Both the position numbers and the translations under genes were made by a program. From assembly GCA_002633005.1 (NCBI GenBank), contig NMRA01000321.1, positions 31,086 to 95,085 on the forward strand: 64,000 bases of DNA, written 5' to 3'. The stretch is from Phoronis australis (Eukaryota > Animalia > Phoronida). The notes under the pieces are model-generated. The model was not told the DNA's origin. It made no database searches and worked only from the letters and a program-made list of their open reading frames with translations. Below are positions 37,801-48,804 of the stretch, piece by piece (positions within the stretch are counted from its first letter, which is position 1; each line of letters begins with the position of its first letter).

Positions 37801-40800
37801 ACTCAATTCACTGCTTCAAAATTATCCACTGCCAGAAAATTTCAGTGGTGGGGTACCCTTGCCAGATAAAGAATAATGGGTTCCCAAAATCGAGCTAGAT
37901 CAACCCAAGAGAAAGCCGCATGAAACTGGCTACAAATTAATCGTCATAGACCATTGTATCATGAATGAACACTGCCAGACAAATTCAGTGGTGGATTACC
38001 CTCGCCAGACACGCCCAAACATCCAAGCTGAGCTAGCCCAATCCACCAGGTAGCTGGTTGAAACCAATTGTATAACATCCGGCATCCCGCCACGCGCCGC
38101 AGCACTTACATGTATGTTCCAGACAGTTTCGGTAGTGGGGTGCCCATGCCACATAAAAATAATGAGGTCTCGAAATTGAGCTAAATCAACCCAAGAAGTA
38201 ACCGAATAAAATCGGTTGCAAAATATTCAGCATAACCCTATGAATCATGAAGTAACACTGCCAGACAAATCCAGTGGTGGATTAACCCCACCAGACATGC
38301 CCAAACCTCAGAGTTGAACGAGACCAGTCCACCAGGTAACCAGTTGAAGCCAACTACATAACGTTCAGCATCACTCCACATGACACAACCGTTTTATGCC
38401 AGACAATTTCAGTGGTGGGGTGCCTCTATCTGCCAGACAAAAAATAACAGGGTCACCAACTGAGCTAGATCAATCCAAGCGGTAACCACGTGAAACTTGT
38501 TGCAAAATATTCAACATGAAATCATATATCTTTGCCAGATAAATCCTGTGGTAGGTTACCCCCGCAAGAAACGCCCAAACCTGTGAGTTGCGTTAGATCA
38601 AATCATCAGGTAACCGCTTGAAACCAATTTCAGCATGTTCACAATCACTCCACATGGCACAACTGTTACATGGCAGACAATTTCGGAGGTGGGATACCAC
38701 AGGAAGACAAAATAAAATATCCAAAACTTCGAGAAATCTTATTTACGATGAATGAAAATTGCTCGATACCTTTGATAGTGATTCAAATAATCTGATGGAA
38801 TCAATCAGTTCCATTTCAAATTTCCTGAGGGGAAGCCAGGCAACTTCAACTGGTTGTAGAAAAACTACCTAACCTGATCCTACTTCCTTGTTCCCACGCA
38901 TTGCAAAAAGCGCCCAAGTCAAGTGTGCCGCCTCAGTTTACTTTAACTATTGATATTTTACGTGCAATCAGAACCATGACTACATATCCCCACTATAAGA
39001 TGACACAGTCGTGTTTAACTTTCTTTGCATAACACCTTACGTTGTTGCTGTTGCTGTTGTTGTTGCTGTTGTTGTTTTTGATGTTATTGTAACAAGTATT
39101 AATTTCTCTGTCGATGGTCTTGTGCGATAAATAACTGAAGTAGGGAATAAAATTGGACAGAGAAATGGACTGTGCTCACTTGAAGCAATTTTACGTTGTG
39201 GTTAAATGGACATTATCGTCGAGAAAGTAGTTTTCTGCTGGAGATCAGCCTCAGCGTGGAATCGAACGTGCAACCTCCGCAGTCGCAGCCTAACGCTCTG
39301 CTGGCGGATTTATATCCCACTTGATAAACGGCATAGTATTTTAAGCGTATTTAATAACAAAAAACGGATTTGGTAATAATTGTAACATGAGGAGTGTTGT
39401 GGAACACATCGTACTTGGTTTCAACTAGTTACATGGTATGTTGATCAAGCTCAACTTAGAGATTTGGGCGTGTCTGGCGAGGGTAATTCACCACTGAATT
39501 TGACTGGCAGTGCTCGTTCATGATGACTAATTTGTAGCCAGTTTTATGCGGTTACCTCTTGGGTTGATCTAGCTCAATTTTAGGAACCCCATTATTCTAT
39601 ATCTGGCAGGGGTACCCCACCATTGAAATTGTCTGACAATGGATAATTTTGATACAGTGAATTGAGTAGTAAGTGTCGCAGGTATTTTTAAGTGGTTACC
39701 AGAAAAGTTGATCTTGCTCAATTTTGAGTGTAGCGTCATTCTCATGGCCCCCTGACCACACCCACGAGAGCGAACCTGCCAGATGGGTATTTCCTAGCGT
39801 TGGGATAACCATGGATCACTGTNCCTTTGCATAACACCTTACGTTGTTGCTGTTGCTGTTGTTGTTGCTGTTGTTGTTTTTGATGTTGTTGTAACAAGTA
39901 TTAATTTATCTGTCGATGGTCTTGTGCGATAAATAACTGAAGTAGGGAATAAAATTGGACAGAGAAATGGACTGTGCTCACTTGAAGCAATTTTACGTTG
40001 TGGTTAAATGGACATTATCGTCGAGAACGTAGTTTTCTGCTGGAGATCAGCCTCAGCGTGGAATCGAACGTGCAACCTCCGCAGTCGCAGCCTAACGCTC
40101 TGCTGGAGGATTTATATCCCACTTGATAAACGGTATAGTATTTTAAGCGTATTTAATCACAAAAAAACGGATTTGGTAATAATTGTAACATGAGGAGTGA
40201 TGTGGAACACATCGTACTTGGTTTCAACTAGTTACATGGTATGTTGATCAAGCTCAACTTAGAGATTTGGGCGTGTCTGGCGAGGGTAATCCACCACTGA
40301 ATTTGACTGGCAGTGCTCGTTCATGATAACTAATTTGTAGCCAGTTTTATGCGGTTACCTCTTGGGTTGATCTAGCTCAATTTTAGGAACCCCATTATTC
40401 TATATCTGGCAGGGGTACCCCACCATTGAAATTGTCTGACAATGGATAATTTTGATACAGAGAATTGAGTAGTAAGTGTCGCAGGTATTTTTAAGTGGTT
40501 ACCAGAAAAGTTGATCTTGCTCAATTTTGAGTGTAGCGTCATTCTCATGGCCCCCTGACCACACCCACGAGAGCGAACCTGCCAGATGGGTATTTCCTAG
40601 CGTTGGGATAACCATGGATCACTGTGGTAGCAAATCATATTGGTTACCTTTTTATACGCAAAAAGGTCTGGAATCTCGGTCTACGACAATTTAATTTTGA
40701 TTGTTCTTTTAATAATCTGGAAATCGGAATAGCAAAAAGATGAAAAACGATGTTCAGTTTCTAATATTGTGAGGAAAATAAAATACAGTTGACTTTCGTT

Positions 40801-41817
40801 TTCTCAGCAAGAACCAACCGCAAGCTTTTTACTTTCAATTTTAAGTTTCCAATCGATAATGGAATTGACTTTTCATGCGCGGAACCTGTCTAAGTTAGGT
40901 AGTCAGTACAAGACTGACTATAGGCCAAGTTAGGTCGCATGCGCGAAATTATATACTAATAGCATTTTCCACATCACAGTTTTGTTTTTCTGTCATTTCT
41001 TATTTGCCAAGATATCATCTTTCCAATAATTTCTGATAATGGAAGCACGCCTCGTGCGTGACACTTTTCTTTGGTCATTACGACCATACAAAATCTTAAA
41101 TGTGACTGTGGCGTGTGTTGTTCATTTATTTCTATAAATAGGTTGCGTTTTATGCTATCCGGTATCATATCATATGAGTTTCTGGTGGAACTGATACAAT
41201 GCAACCCATTGAACCCCTGTGGCTGGGCCTCTAGGCTTTGAAATGTTCTCGTGAGCCGCCGTTGTTGAGGTAACCCATATTTCCAGAGATATTCCATGTT
41301 TGTATTGTATTACATACATTTTTTGTTATATTGCCTGTTGTATTTTTGTCCGGGTAATAAATCGAGTATTTTATGCAATGCTCAGTGCATTTTTAGTGTC
41401 TTATATGACTTATGTGGAACATAAATAATTTTTATTTAAAAACGGCGACTGTTTAACAGCCCGGAGCGTTTTATTGTGTTGGACTGGTTTAGTCATCCAT
41501 CCATTGTCACTGAAACAATGTAAAAGCTCTGCGTGTCTTAAAAAGCGGCAGAAGTTTTGTTACACAAAATTGCAATTTATCAAAAATCAATACGTTACTT
41601 ATTTTTTATCGTTAATTGTAACCTAGTTATAAGGCAGTCGTCAACTCACCTCGGCTGCAGCGCGCGCCAGTCGCGGAATGATAGTCTCGCTGTATACCTT
41701 GGTCGGGACGAAGGATTGTTGCGGTACGTTAGCCTTGCTGCGAACCTGTCGTAGAACGTCTTCGCCATGTTCCTTCAATAAATAGTCGTAGATCGTCTGT
41801 AACAGTAAGCCGTACAT
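629..41817 (-). CDS. Gyc88E: Atypical soluble guanylate cyclase, Gyc-88E/beta3-like (whole span; 3'-partial, 8 coding exons in window, cyclase domain lies beyond position 1)
   Basis: Manually spliced exons 41650-41817, 17032-17156, 14617-14878, 12694-12921, 5887-5992, 3552-3681, 2337-2466, 629-775. All introns are GT-AG and phase-compatible, giving 1296 nt = 432 aa with no stop. Motifs [64 protein letters not shown] and LLYQMIP match my recollection of insect Gyc-88E. Orthology is by recognition, not by a search. Confidence 0.93.
891..2193. mobile_element. Non-autonomous Kolobok-type DNA transposon with ~310-bp TIRs and THAP remnant (in sGC intron 7)
   Basis: TTAA at 887-890 and 2194-2197; termini AGGCGAAGGCAACC...GGTTGCCTTCGCCT; imperfect inverted repeats ~891-1200 and ~1885-2193. 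A TTAA target with RR..YY termini is the Kolobok pattern, whereas piggyBac starts CC. Confidence 0.8.
1151..1430 (+). pseudogene. Frameshifted THAP (C2CH zinc finger) domain of a transposon protein
   Basis: [35 protein letters not shown], frameshift near 1255, then [10 protein letters not shown]...[13 protein letters not shown]...KQRLMKG. Fits the THAP consensus C-x-VPGC...FPxD...VCxxHF. Confidence 0.75.
2337..2466 (-). CDS. Gyc88E: sGC coding exon 7 (HNOBA end, coiled-coil start)
   Basis: Acceptor [48 protein letters not shown], donor GTAAGC; 130 nt. Confidence 0.93.
2973..3044. mobile_element. 72-bp mini-MITE (CATGGGC-ended family)
   Basis: 10-bp TIR CATGGGCGAG/CTCGCCCATG; related copies at 34310-34447 and starting near 63986. 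Confidence 0.6.
3552..3681 (-). CDS. Gyc88E: sGC coding exon 6 (HNOBA)
   Basis: Acceptor TTTAAAG, TDFETM...[22 protein letters not shown](V), donor GTAAGT; 130 nt. Confidence 0.9.
5100..5253. repeat. Short dispersed repeat (GCCACTG-ended MITE-like)
   Basis: Shares a CATTC(C/T)CACTCC(C/G)GAATTG core and a GCCACTG end with 55105-55293. Confidence 0.5.
5887..5992 (-). CDS. Gyc88E: sGC coding exon 5 (HNOBA plus acidic linker)
   Basis: Acceptor [40 protein letters not shown](G), donor GTAGGA; 106 nt, ends in phase 1, which fits exon 6. The donor is less certain because the frame stays open beyond it. Confidence 0.8.
6830..8365. repeat. Diverged tandem duplication (~6830-7490 and ~7550-8365)
   Basis: Colinear shared blocks such as TTTTCCGTATTCA.CTCCC.CACTACTTCAACAG, GGAAAGTTCAAAAGGTA.GTCAATGTCGACTCGACG and TAGGATGTGATCCGCCACGTGAACAGTCT. 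Confidence 0.85.
12408..12631. mobile_element. Possible TTAA-flanked MITE (piggyBac-like ends)
   Basis: TTAA at 12404-12407 and 12632-12635; imperfect ends TTCACTCGCC/GGTGAGTGG; inverted subterminal CTTA(C/T)CACG / CGTGGTAAG motifs. Confidence 0.4.
12694..12921 (-). CDS. Gyc88E: sGC coding exon 4 (HNOBA/PAS-like start)
   Basis: Acceptor [14 protein letters not shown]...[26 protein letters not shown]...[15 protein letters not shown], donor GTAAGC; 228 nt. Confidence 0.93.
13022..13187. repeat. 56-bp tandem repeat x3 (identical units) inside a dispersed repeat
   Basis: ATGAAATTGGTCCTTAGCTAAAACTTACAGGCGATTTCAGAGCTTTGAAAGCACAT starts at 13022, 13078 and 13134. Host repeat family is also seen near 3275, 34500, 60870 and 61933. 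Confidence 0.95.
14617..14878 (-). CDS. Gyc88E: sGC coding exon 3 (H-NOX heme ligand His and YxSxR)
   Basis: Acceptor [27 protein letters not shown]...[22 protein letters not shown]...FDNK, donor GTAACT; 262 nt. Confidence 0.95.
14945..15510 (-). mobile_element. Penelope-like retroelement 3' fragment (GIY-YIG endonuclease plus pLTR, with inverted partial pLTR)
   Basis: ORF 15098-15391: [28 protein letters not shown]...[16 protein letters not shown], i.e. the PLE-type GIY-YIG pattern CxxC-YIGxT...EA..I....P.LN. The pLTR motif CTGAGGATGGTG...ACGCCGA occurs on minus at ~14976-15012 and on plus at 15446-15480. Confidence 0.85.
17032..17156 (-). CDS. Gyc88E: sGC coding exon 2 (H-NOX)
   Basis: Acceptor [46 protein letters not shown](S), donor GTGAGA; 125 nt, ends in phase 2. 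Not in the ORF track. Confidence 0.93.
17487..17523. repeat. (CA)n/(GCAC)n microsatellite
   Basis: Direct reading. Confidence 0.85.
18335..18524 (+). pseudogene. THAP domain remnant of the ISL2EU-type transposase
   Basis: [41 protein letters not shown]..., frameshifted before VCxxH. Donor-like GGTAAG near 18523; possible next exon [10 protein letters not shown] near 19184. Confidence 0.65.
19960..20412 (-). pseudogene. YqaJ/lambda-exonuclease-like domain remnant
   Basis: Joined frames give [39 protein letters not shown]...LIGEDA... and [36 protein letters not shown], with multiple stops and frameshifts. Confidence 0.65.
23403..24037. mobile_element. Possible TTAA-flanked non-autonomous element
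   Basis: TTAA|GGT...ACC|TTAA boundaries, but the TIR match is weak beyond a few bases. Confidence 0.3.
24164..24496. mobile_element. Harbinger/Tourist-like MITE
   Basis: TTA duplication (24161-24163 and 24497-24499); TIR AGCCTTGGTCACAACCCGCCGTACGTG vs CACGCACGGCGGGTTGTGACCATAGCT; CpG-rich interior with many TACGT/ACGTA motifs. Confidence 0.8.
27404..28642 (+). mobile_element. Helentron-associated non-autonomous element (HINE/DINE-1-like) with internal ~430-bp tandem repeats
   Basis: 5' subTIR ACTCTGCGCGTG (27406-27417) with adjacent partial IR GCGCAGAGT; (TTATTC)n microsatellite; 3' subTIR CACGCGCAGAGT (28594-28605); hairpin TTATTGTCACG-C-CGTGACAATAA (28609-28631); CTAGTT end. Repeat anchors TGCACCGGA at ~27611, ~28044 and ~28469. 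Confidence 0.82.
30305..30395. repeat. Dispersed repeat family (TTTGACCAGAGCTA...AAATCG)
   Basis: Related copies at ~32815 and ~36494, and inverted at ~35165-35230. Confidence 0.6.
30441..30802. mobile_element. TA-flanked foldback MITE with 21-bp internal subrepeats
   Basis: TA at 30439-30440 and 30803-30804; TIR GGTGGCTGTGAAAGGACGGCACGGCAACT; arms made of TCGATAGACTTACTATCTCTA-type units that switch orientation near 30606. Confidence 0.85.
31695..32115. repeat. Compound trinucleotide microsatellite (AAT/AAC/GAT/GAC)
   Basis: Direct reading; includes (GATGAC)n and (GAT)n runs. Confidence 0.9.
34310..34447. mobile_element. Dimeric mini-MITE nested in another repeat, 5-bp TSD AATGG
   Basis: Two units starting CAT(G/A)GGCAGCGCAGCACTGAAATAA; AATGG at 34305-34309 and 34448-34452; an uninterrupted copy of the host repeat lies at ~60750-60900. 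Confidence 0.72.
37071..37280. repeat. 14-bp minisatellite (GTATAATTTATACT) x ~15
   Basis: Direct reading; each unit contains the near-palindrome GTATAA-T-TTATAC. Confidence 0.95.
37825..38710. repeat. Tandem array of ~140-bp alternating monomers (~280-bp dimer)
   Basis: GCCAGACAA(A/T)TTCAGTGGTGG-like anchors at ~37831, 37975, 38119, 38260, 38398, 38534 and 38673, alternating GGGT.CC and ATTACC-type variants. Confidence 0.85.
39023..40625. repeat. ~800-bp near-identical direct duplication across an N (probable assembly/haplotype artefact)
   Basis: 39023-39822 is repeated at 39825-40625 with only scattered differences; the junction is the single N at 39823. Confidence 0.85.
39240..39306 (-). 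repeat. tRNA-derived SINE-like head (duplicate copy at ~40042-40107; related copy on plus at ~35921-35993)
   Basis: Minus strand reads AGAGCGTTAGGCTGCGACTGCGGAGGTTGCACGTTCGATTCC...GGCTGATCTC, with B-box GTTCGATTCC; no full cloverleaf. Confidence 0.45.
41650..41817 (-). CDS. Gyc88E: sGC coding exon 1 (H-NOX N-terminus)
   Basis: [56 protein letters not shown], then donor GTGAGT; 168 nt, phase 0. MYG is the canonical H-NOX start. Confidence 0.92.
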
Positions 41818-44617
41818 CTCGGACCTGTTCTCTGTCTTTGCTTCTACCGCAGAAGTAGCTGCATGCGATCTCGGCAAATACACGCACTGCAACCGTGGAA
41901 GTCGTTCCGGACTAGTGGAGATAATGATTTTCCAAAGTACCAATGCTATTACTGTGATTAGAACTCGCAGACCCGTTTACTTTCTTCTCACCCGAAGATG
42001 ATTAATTGTGGGACTAAATAGTTTGCCTAGGTATGAAATTTCATCGGAGAATAACGACGAGAAGCGACGAGCGCACACCAGCAAATTAGACATCACCTAC
42101 TCTGAATTGTAAATCAATGAATGTGAATGCTTTAATTATGCCACTTAAAACATCACAATACCAGAGAGCGCAGACCTTGCTATAACCGGCGCTTGCAACC
42201 TTCTGTCGGATTCACACTTACGCATTTTGTGTTAGACCAATCATTTCATTTCTCCAGTATTCACGAAGAAATTAGTCCAGCATAGCGCACTTGCTTTGTT
42301 ATTATCGAGAAATTTAGATCGATAACACATAGATATGTACAACCAGTTGTAATATAACAAATGCACTAAATGATGAAAGGAATAATCCTTTTTAAACAGA
42401 TTTATTCTGCTCTTTTTCGTTGAAAAAATCCGGAAACGACTTCCAACATAGACTAAATGATCGTCTTTCTAAATAATGTTCTTTTAACATGATATTTTAT
42501 CACGATTTTTTCTTAAAGAATCATTTTCCGGATTGTACCGGCTGTAGCCGCCGACACGTGCTGACAAATCGAGGTGGCCGTCTGTTTATGATGTCAGAAG
42601 GTCCGAATCTACAAGGTTCTCTAGTTATAGAACGCGCTGCTAGTGGGCTGTCGCATTGGTCTAAGGAATTTTGCCTATCATATGTGACTCTTCAAATCAT
42701 AACCTTTTGATGTGAAACCTTGGGCCTAGCCCTTTAAGGGCTTGTGGTTAATTTTGGTTCAGACTAGACAACGGTTCGTTGACATTTTCTATGTGTTCAC
42801 GGCAAAAGCACAGTGTTGAAACTAAATAGATCAATGTCATCTAATGTAAAGTTCGTGTGCCCAATATCAGACATGAGAAAGCGCGACAGATCATCACGAT
42901 TTTCTCAAATTTTGTTGACTGCCGGTGTCTTTTACATGGCACGTGCGCACTTGGGCATGTGACAGCTACACCATCGCATCAAACGTATCAACGAGGGCAA
43001 TTTCTGGTGGGAGAAATGTATCCACGAAAGTAGACTGTTGTAGATTTACGGTAAATATTGAGTGTATTTCTACTACCCCTGCGTCTGCCAAAATGACAGT
43101 CGATCTTGCTCGCCGCAGTATTGTTGCACATGTGCAAATTGGCGCATACCTACATTTTTGGAAATAATGCCAATCAGAAGCAGTTAGGGCATGCACGTCA
43201 GTTCTGCAAACTGGTGCATGGATAGGGTGTCTCAAACGTTCGCTACCAGTTCTTAAAGTTTTGTGTTTAGCAATGAAACTACCAAAAGTGGATCATTTCG
43301 TGTCACTATTTGATAGATATAATTCTCCATCATTTGACGAATCTCTGGAATGTCATTAGCAATGTTGGACAAAGTTTCAACAGGAACATTTTCTGAGATC
43401 TCTTAGTTCTTCACACGTTTTTGGTGTTTTAAGACTAAAAGTATCCATAAACGTGCGTGCATTTTTTGGATGCCTAAAAGATTTTCGATAGGGAAATGAA
43501 ATTGACACCAGCAAGTTTACATTTTATGTAGGCAAGACCTTTCTTCGTTCTTCGCTTGAGTGCAGCATTTAACTTAAAAGATATCAAACCTTGTTTTGGT
43601 AATTTCAACCAATCCTCCATCCGTCACTTGCTAATGCACTGTTGGCGTCCCACTTGAGTGACCGAAGCAGGATTCAACTAAAAACTCGTTCTCCCTCCCT
43701 CCCTCCCTCTTTCCCCTTGAAAAAGATTCTAACAGCATTTTGGAGAACACCGTTTAAGGTATGGTATCTGAAAGCACCACCTGAATCCAATAGTTATGTG
43801 ATTTCTGAAATTTGAGGTTCCAAAGGTAGACAAATTTCACTGAGCATTTTCTTTGGTCCCGCAAAACCTTAACAGACTATCCAATCTTACGCTTGTGAAT
43901 TACGCTCGCAATTCCCGCTCATAAAAAGTGCCTTTTTAGCGTAGTTTACATGCGACACTTTTCAGCCAGCGGTCAACGATACGAGCACAGTTTAATCATC
44001 TGTAAGCATTTTGCCCCTTACGTGCTGGTAACAATGACGTGCGATAAGGTTCACCATTGATGTAGATTACTGATCTCTCAGCTATCAATCAGCGGTGACC
44101 CTTAGCTATCATCGCTAAAGTTTGTTTTTAAAATTGGTGTAGGGAATGTCAGAATTGGTAATTCGTCACTGATTTCAAAATGTTACCACTTTCCAGGTTT
44201 TCCACTTCTAATTCGTTTAGGAAATTATTATCTCGTCTCTTGTTTTTTTTTTTGGAAAGACGGAGCATTCCCGTCCTCCCTATCCGTAGCAACCTGTGGA
44301 CTGTGTAAAGACAATTTATGACATTCTGAGTTTTCCCGTCTCTCTGTCAGTGCCTTTAGAGTCCTTAGATGGACGCTCCAACCTTAGTATTAGCGTTTAG
44401 CGAACCCATTCTTTCAAGTCTTCCTGCCATTTTTACGAATCTCACACAAACTACAATTGTTCTTGAAATTACCTATACTGCATATCAAAGATTTTCGTTA
44501 GGACAACTTCTACTTTTAACGAAATGTCCTGGAAGATGAACGTTTTTTTAATTTTATTGGAAACATTTTAGCCGCCCCTTTGAAAATTTACATTGCTTCC
44601 ATGCGAGATTGCACTGC

Positions 44618-44618
<1 letters not shown>

Positions 44619-44674
<56 letters not shown>
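44619..44674. repeat. (GCAC)n microsatellite
   Basis: Direct reading. Confidence 0.95.
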
Positions 44675-47600
44675 CTATAAGTATTGTTGCCGCTACTGCG
44701 AACGATCAGCCAAACAAGGTCGTCCATTACTCATACAACAAATGTTTTTTGATCATTGGTTCGTCTATACTAAAGTAATACTTTTGCCTACAACTAAATT
44801 TAAACACTGGTCGTAAACTTTTCAGACATCCCGTAACTTCGCAACCATTCTGAATCCTGAGGACATGTCCTGTAAATTTACAATTTTGTGACTGCCTGTT
44901 TACTAGGGCACACTTCTTCTTCCTGAAATTATGCTCTTTGTTACAAGATTAAATAGGCTTCCTAACTAATGAGTCTAAATGCCTGAGGAAACTGTCTTTA
45001 AACAGACCTGATGACTTCAATAGCGATCTGCTGACACACTGGTTGTTCGTATCTGCTATTCATATCTGCCGCCTGCTCTCGAAAATCATGAAATGAGACC
45101 GTCCCCTCGCGCATTAAAAAACGAGTGAAGCTTAGAATTAAAATGCTGCCAGGACGTTACAGTAATTTTATGTATTCACATATTACTTCTAAAATATGGG
45201 CAGTAAAGAAACATTAATAATCTAACTGCCAACAACAAGGGCATCTAAGTAGGCGTCAACTGTGACACGGGCCTGTAGCAAGGTAAACTGGGTACACAGA
45301 CATAATCAGTCTCGTCAATGCTAACTTCCAATTTGAAACTTCATTCGAGAGGATAACAATTGTCCAACAAAATCTGCCTCCTAAGCGTTTTTGGTTTCAC
45401 ATACTTCTAGACTACATTTCTCTTACCCTTGAATCCCCTATTTGTCCTACGAACTGAGCATTTGCCATGCAAATAATTATTCAAAATTACAACCTCATTG
45501 CCCAACGTAAAATTCACCTCTGGCAATGAAATATTGCCCGAGGCTTTTTAAAATTGCTTTTTCCGCTTTATTTCAGCTACAAACTTCACAAAACAGACTT
45601 TAACGCAAGTTAGTTCAATCGAAACATGTAGCCCAAATAATTCTCATTCAATACAATTCTAAATACATTGTATTTTGTCATTTATCTGAATTTAATATGA
45701 AACTTTCACCTTAATTTTTATATTTGTGGTGCACCACCACCTAAAATGGCCGGCGTAGTGAGTGACAGCTGACTCATGCATTGCGGGTATTCACGTAACT
45801 GCAGCCATATGTAATGAGGTATCCACGGAAACCCCGCCCACTTTTTGAAAAAAAAAATTAAAAATGTAGTAAACTAAGGCAAACAGAAAAAGGCTGAAAG
45901 TGACGAAATGCTTATAAGTTTGAGTGATATCTTTCGACTGTCGAAACTCATTCTGTGTTCTAAATTGGTGACTGCAAAGGAAAGTGTATCTTTAAGCAAA
46001 GCTTTTAAAATTACACTGCACTCGTTGAGCGCGCACTCAGCACGAACGAAAAAATCATTCAAAATTCGTTGTCGTGACGTGTGATGCCTGTAGTAAGTTT
46101 CATTGGCCAAAACTTTCTGTGGGTATCTGCACTGGAAGCAAACATTTTTTTTTTATTTCACTCGGTACATTGCGCCCTTAATCGAGAGGATGTCTATGTA
46201 TTATGAGCCGACGATGAAGTGCAATTTCCCACGAGATGTGAGTTATCTTAACACAATGCCAACTCTGTATTGTGGTAGCGAATAATTAGTTCAAGAAGGC
46301 ATAAATTGAAGGTCAAAGTGGCTGAAGATCATTAGACCATTGTTTTGAGGAAAAATACAGCTGTCCACAACATGCTCTTAGCGCAACGCCGGTTGTAGTA
46401 ACGGTCAAGGTTGAGCTTGGGGCCTCGCATAAATTAGAAGTCCAGCCACAGGGCCTCCAAAAAGTTGTGGCGACCGACGGAAGAAGTGAAAAAATGTGGC
46501 AACCGAGACGCTAGTTCTTCCCTAATCCCCTGAGCTAAAAAGCCCTCGATAAAACTTACTCAGTCACTGGGCAAGGTAGCTCGGTGACAGGTACGCGGGT
46601 ACACACTCTCATTTGTAGTTTCAACAGTTCTAAACCGCAAGCTCAAAATTTCCTGTTTACCTTCCATTCAACAAACAAAAAAGCAAGTCACTGAGATAAG
46701 AATTGCGTGGCCAAAAAGAATTTATTCATGAGGATAATTAGACACAAACCCTTTAGTTGGCTGGGCTTCACACTCCTGACGCCATAGTGTGACCCATGCT
46801 ACCCACGTTATCATTAAATATGCATGCACACACTCATCTAGTATTAAACTTTCATTATGCACGCGCTGCAGTACCGCAGAAATCCTAGAACATCCACAAT
46901 GATTGTCATTTATACGGAGTTCTGACTCACAGTTCAGCGAATGAAAATAGCTTCGTCTTGGTTGTTGGATATATTCGTCGTAAAGCACAACGGATAGGCA
47001 GAGAATATTTTTATCCCTTTGAGAAGGTTGGTCAGCTTGCCGACTGGCGGTTGAATAAAAGTTTGGTTGAGTAACGTCTTCCCAGGGAAAGACGTCTGTG
47101 TTCTTGTCAGTCGTAAGAATGCTCTTCCCTCTTCACTTTAATTACTCTGAAACCTCGTCAAACAAATAGCCTACAAATTTTTGTTCAAGACATATTTCCA
47201 AATTAGGCTCCATCCACATTACGTCACAGAATTTAATGTAGAATTAGCAAGTTCACTTTTTGATTTTCTGAAGGTGCACAATGGCCGCCGAGTAGAGTTG
47301 AATCACACTGAACTTCTCAAATGGGAGTTTAATTTGGAAAATATAAATTAACAGTTAGGTGATAATTTTCGATTGACGAGGATCACTCTATGTTTTAAAC
47401 TCATTTGTCACAACTAAGGAAAATTGAGTGCCTTGTCACCTGCGTCCATGTATACGCCGCAGTAGTGGACAACCAATTCAGCCCTTTTCACAAGTATTCA
47501 TAGCGTGGTTTATGTCGAAAAAAGTTTTGAAATAATAGATGTATAGTGAGTTATTTTCGTGACCCGTTTGAGAGGGACCTTGGTCAAGGAGCATACGTTG

Positions 47601-48746
47601 GTTGTAATAGGTCAGAGGTCAACGATCGAGCCGATCGTCGTGACGTCATCCGCAAACCAGAATGAAGTGAAAATGAGGTCACGGGCCAAACTTGAATTGG
47701 TCAACTTAGACCCGGAAGTGACGTCACCTCTTTGGGATCGTGACGGACTTATTCCCAACTGCTGCTCATTCAAAGCCTAATCAAACGTGTTTAAAACAAA
47801 CAGAATTTATTATGGACTTTTCAAAATACGTTTGGTATGGTGCATTGACCCACAAAATAGCCGCCGCAATTGAACGGCACTGAATTACAGGTAACAAACG
47901 CAAATACGTACGGGACTCTAATTTACGAAATTTTAGTGTAGTCTCCCGATTAATGAAACTCTTCCTCTGTTCTAAAGGGGTGGGAATGTTGCATTTCACT
48001 GAGATATCTGGTATAATCTAGGTATCAGAATAGATAAAAACTGTATTTTCCATAAACAATGAGATTTGTTTATGTACATTATTTATTTTTTGATGATGGT
48101 CGATTTATGTCTTAGCAACTTTTTTGTATTAAATATGGCTTTTCTCCAACATTTACCCATTTCCAGAGTCTAATAGGACCATATGTGAATATTTTAAAGT
48201 TAGGACAAATTCTGTTTTCACGATTTCCCTCCCACGCCGTGCTCCCCTGTTTTCTCGGACATTCTGTCTTATTCAAATCTATAATCGATTAGTAACCAAG
48301 TTCGACAAAAACCCTGAAAAATTTGAAAGTGGGAGCAGGCAATAAATATCACGACAACTAGAGATTGGTAAAAATGAGTTAAAGGATCTTCATTTGTACT
48401 GGTCTTATGGTATTGTACAATCTTTTTGGATGTCGTTTAGGGAACGGATTTGTCAAAAAACTGGTCAAGCTTTTGAACTAACGCCCATAGATATTTTTAG
48501 GATAATTTGATGGACCAAAAACATTTAATTTAATAATTTTTCTTGGGAAACTACATATATATATACGAAAGAAGACTGAAAAACCTTCAACGAAATGTAG
48601 AAGTTGCCAAAACGAAAATTATTAATTACTATGATGTACAAAAATATATATTTAAAAAATTAAAATTACAAAAATTTTTGGACAGGTGGACCCTTATGGC
48701 TAATTTAGTTACCTGATTTTTTCTCTTTTTGTTATTATCCCCATAG

Positions 48747-48804
48747 GCGTGTGTTTGTGTGCGCGCGCGCGCGCGTGTGTGTACATGCGTGTGCGTGTGT
48801 GTGT
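48747..48804. repeat. (TG)n/(CG)n alternating purine-pyrimidine tract
   Basis: Direct reading. Confidence 0.85.

Larger units (their letters stand above)
37591..40683. mobile_element. Academ-like non-autonomous element with long TIRs and internal satellite
   Basis: Ends TAGATCGGGATCCCAGA / TCTGGAATCTCGGTCTA; 3-bp duplication CGA (37588-37590 and 40684-40686); ~37591-38070 is mirrored by ~40215-40683. TAG..CTA ends with a 3-4 bp TSD are described for Academ. Confidence 0.7.

Noticed and set aside
37825-38710. CRISPR-like repeat-spacer array
   Set aside because: The intervening sequences are homologous to each other (alternating monomers), the context is eukaryotic, and no cas genes are present.
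39023-40625. Recent biological tandem duplication
   Set aside because: The junction coincides exactly with an N and the copies differ only at scattered sites, so redundant contig ends or two haplotypes are more likely.
41818-41943. N-terminal extension of the sGC upstream of MYG
   Set aside because: The open frame begins at a non-ATG codon, and H-NOX proteins normally start at MYG; treated as 5' UTR or intron.
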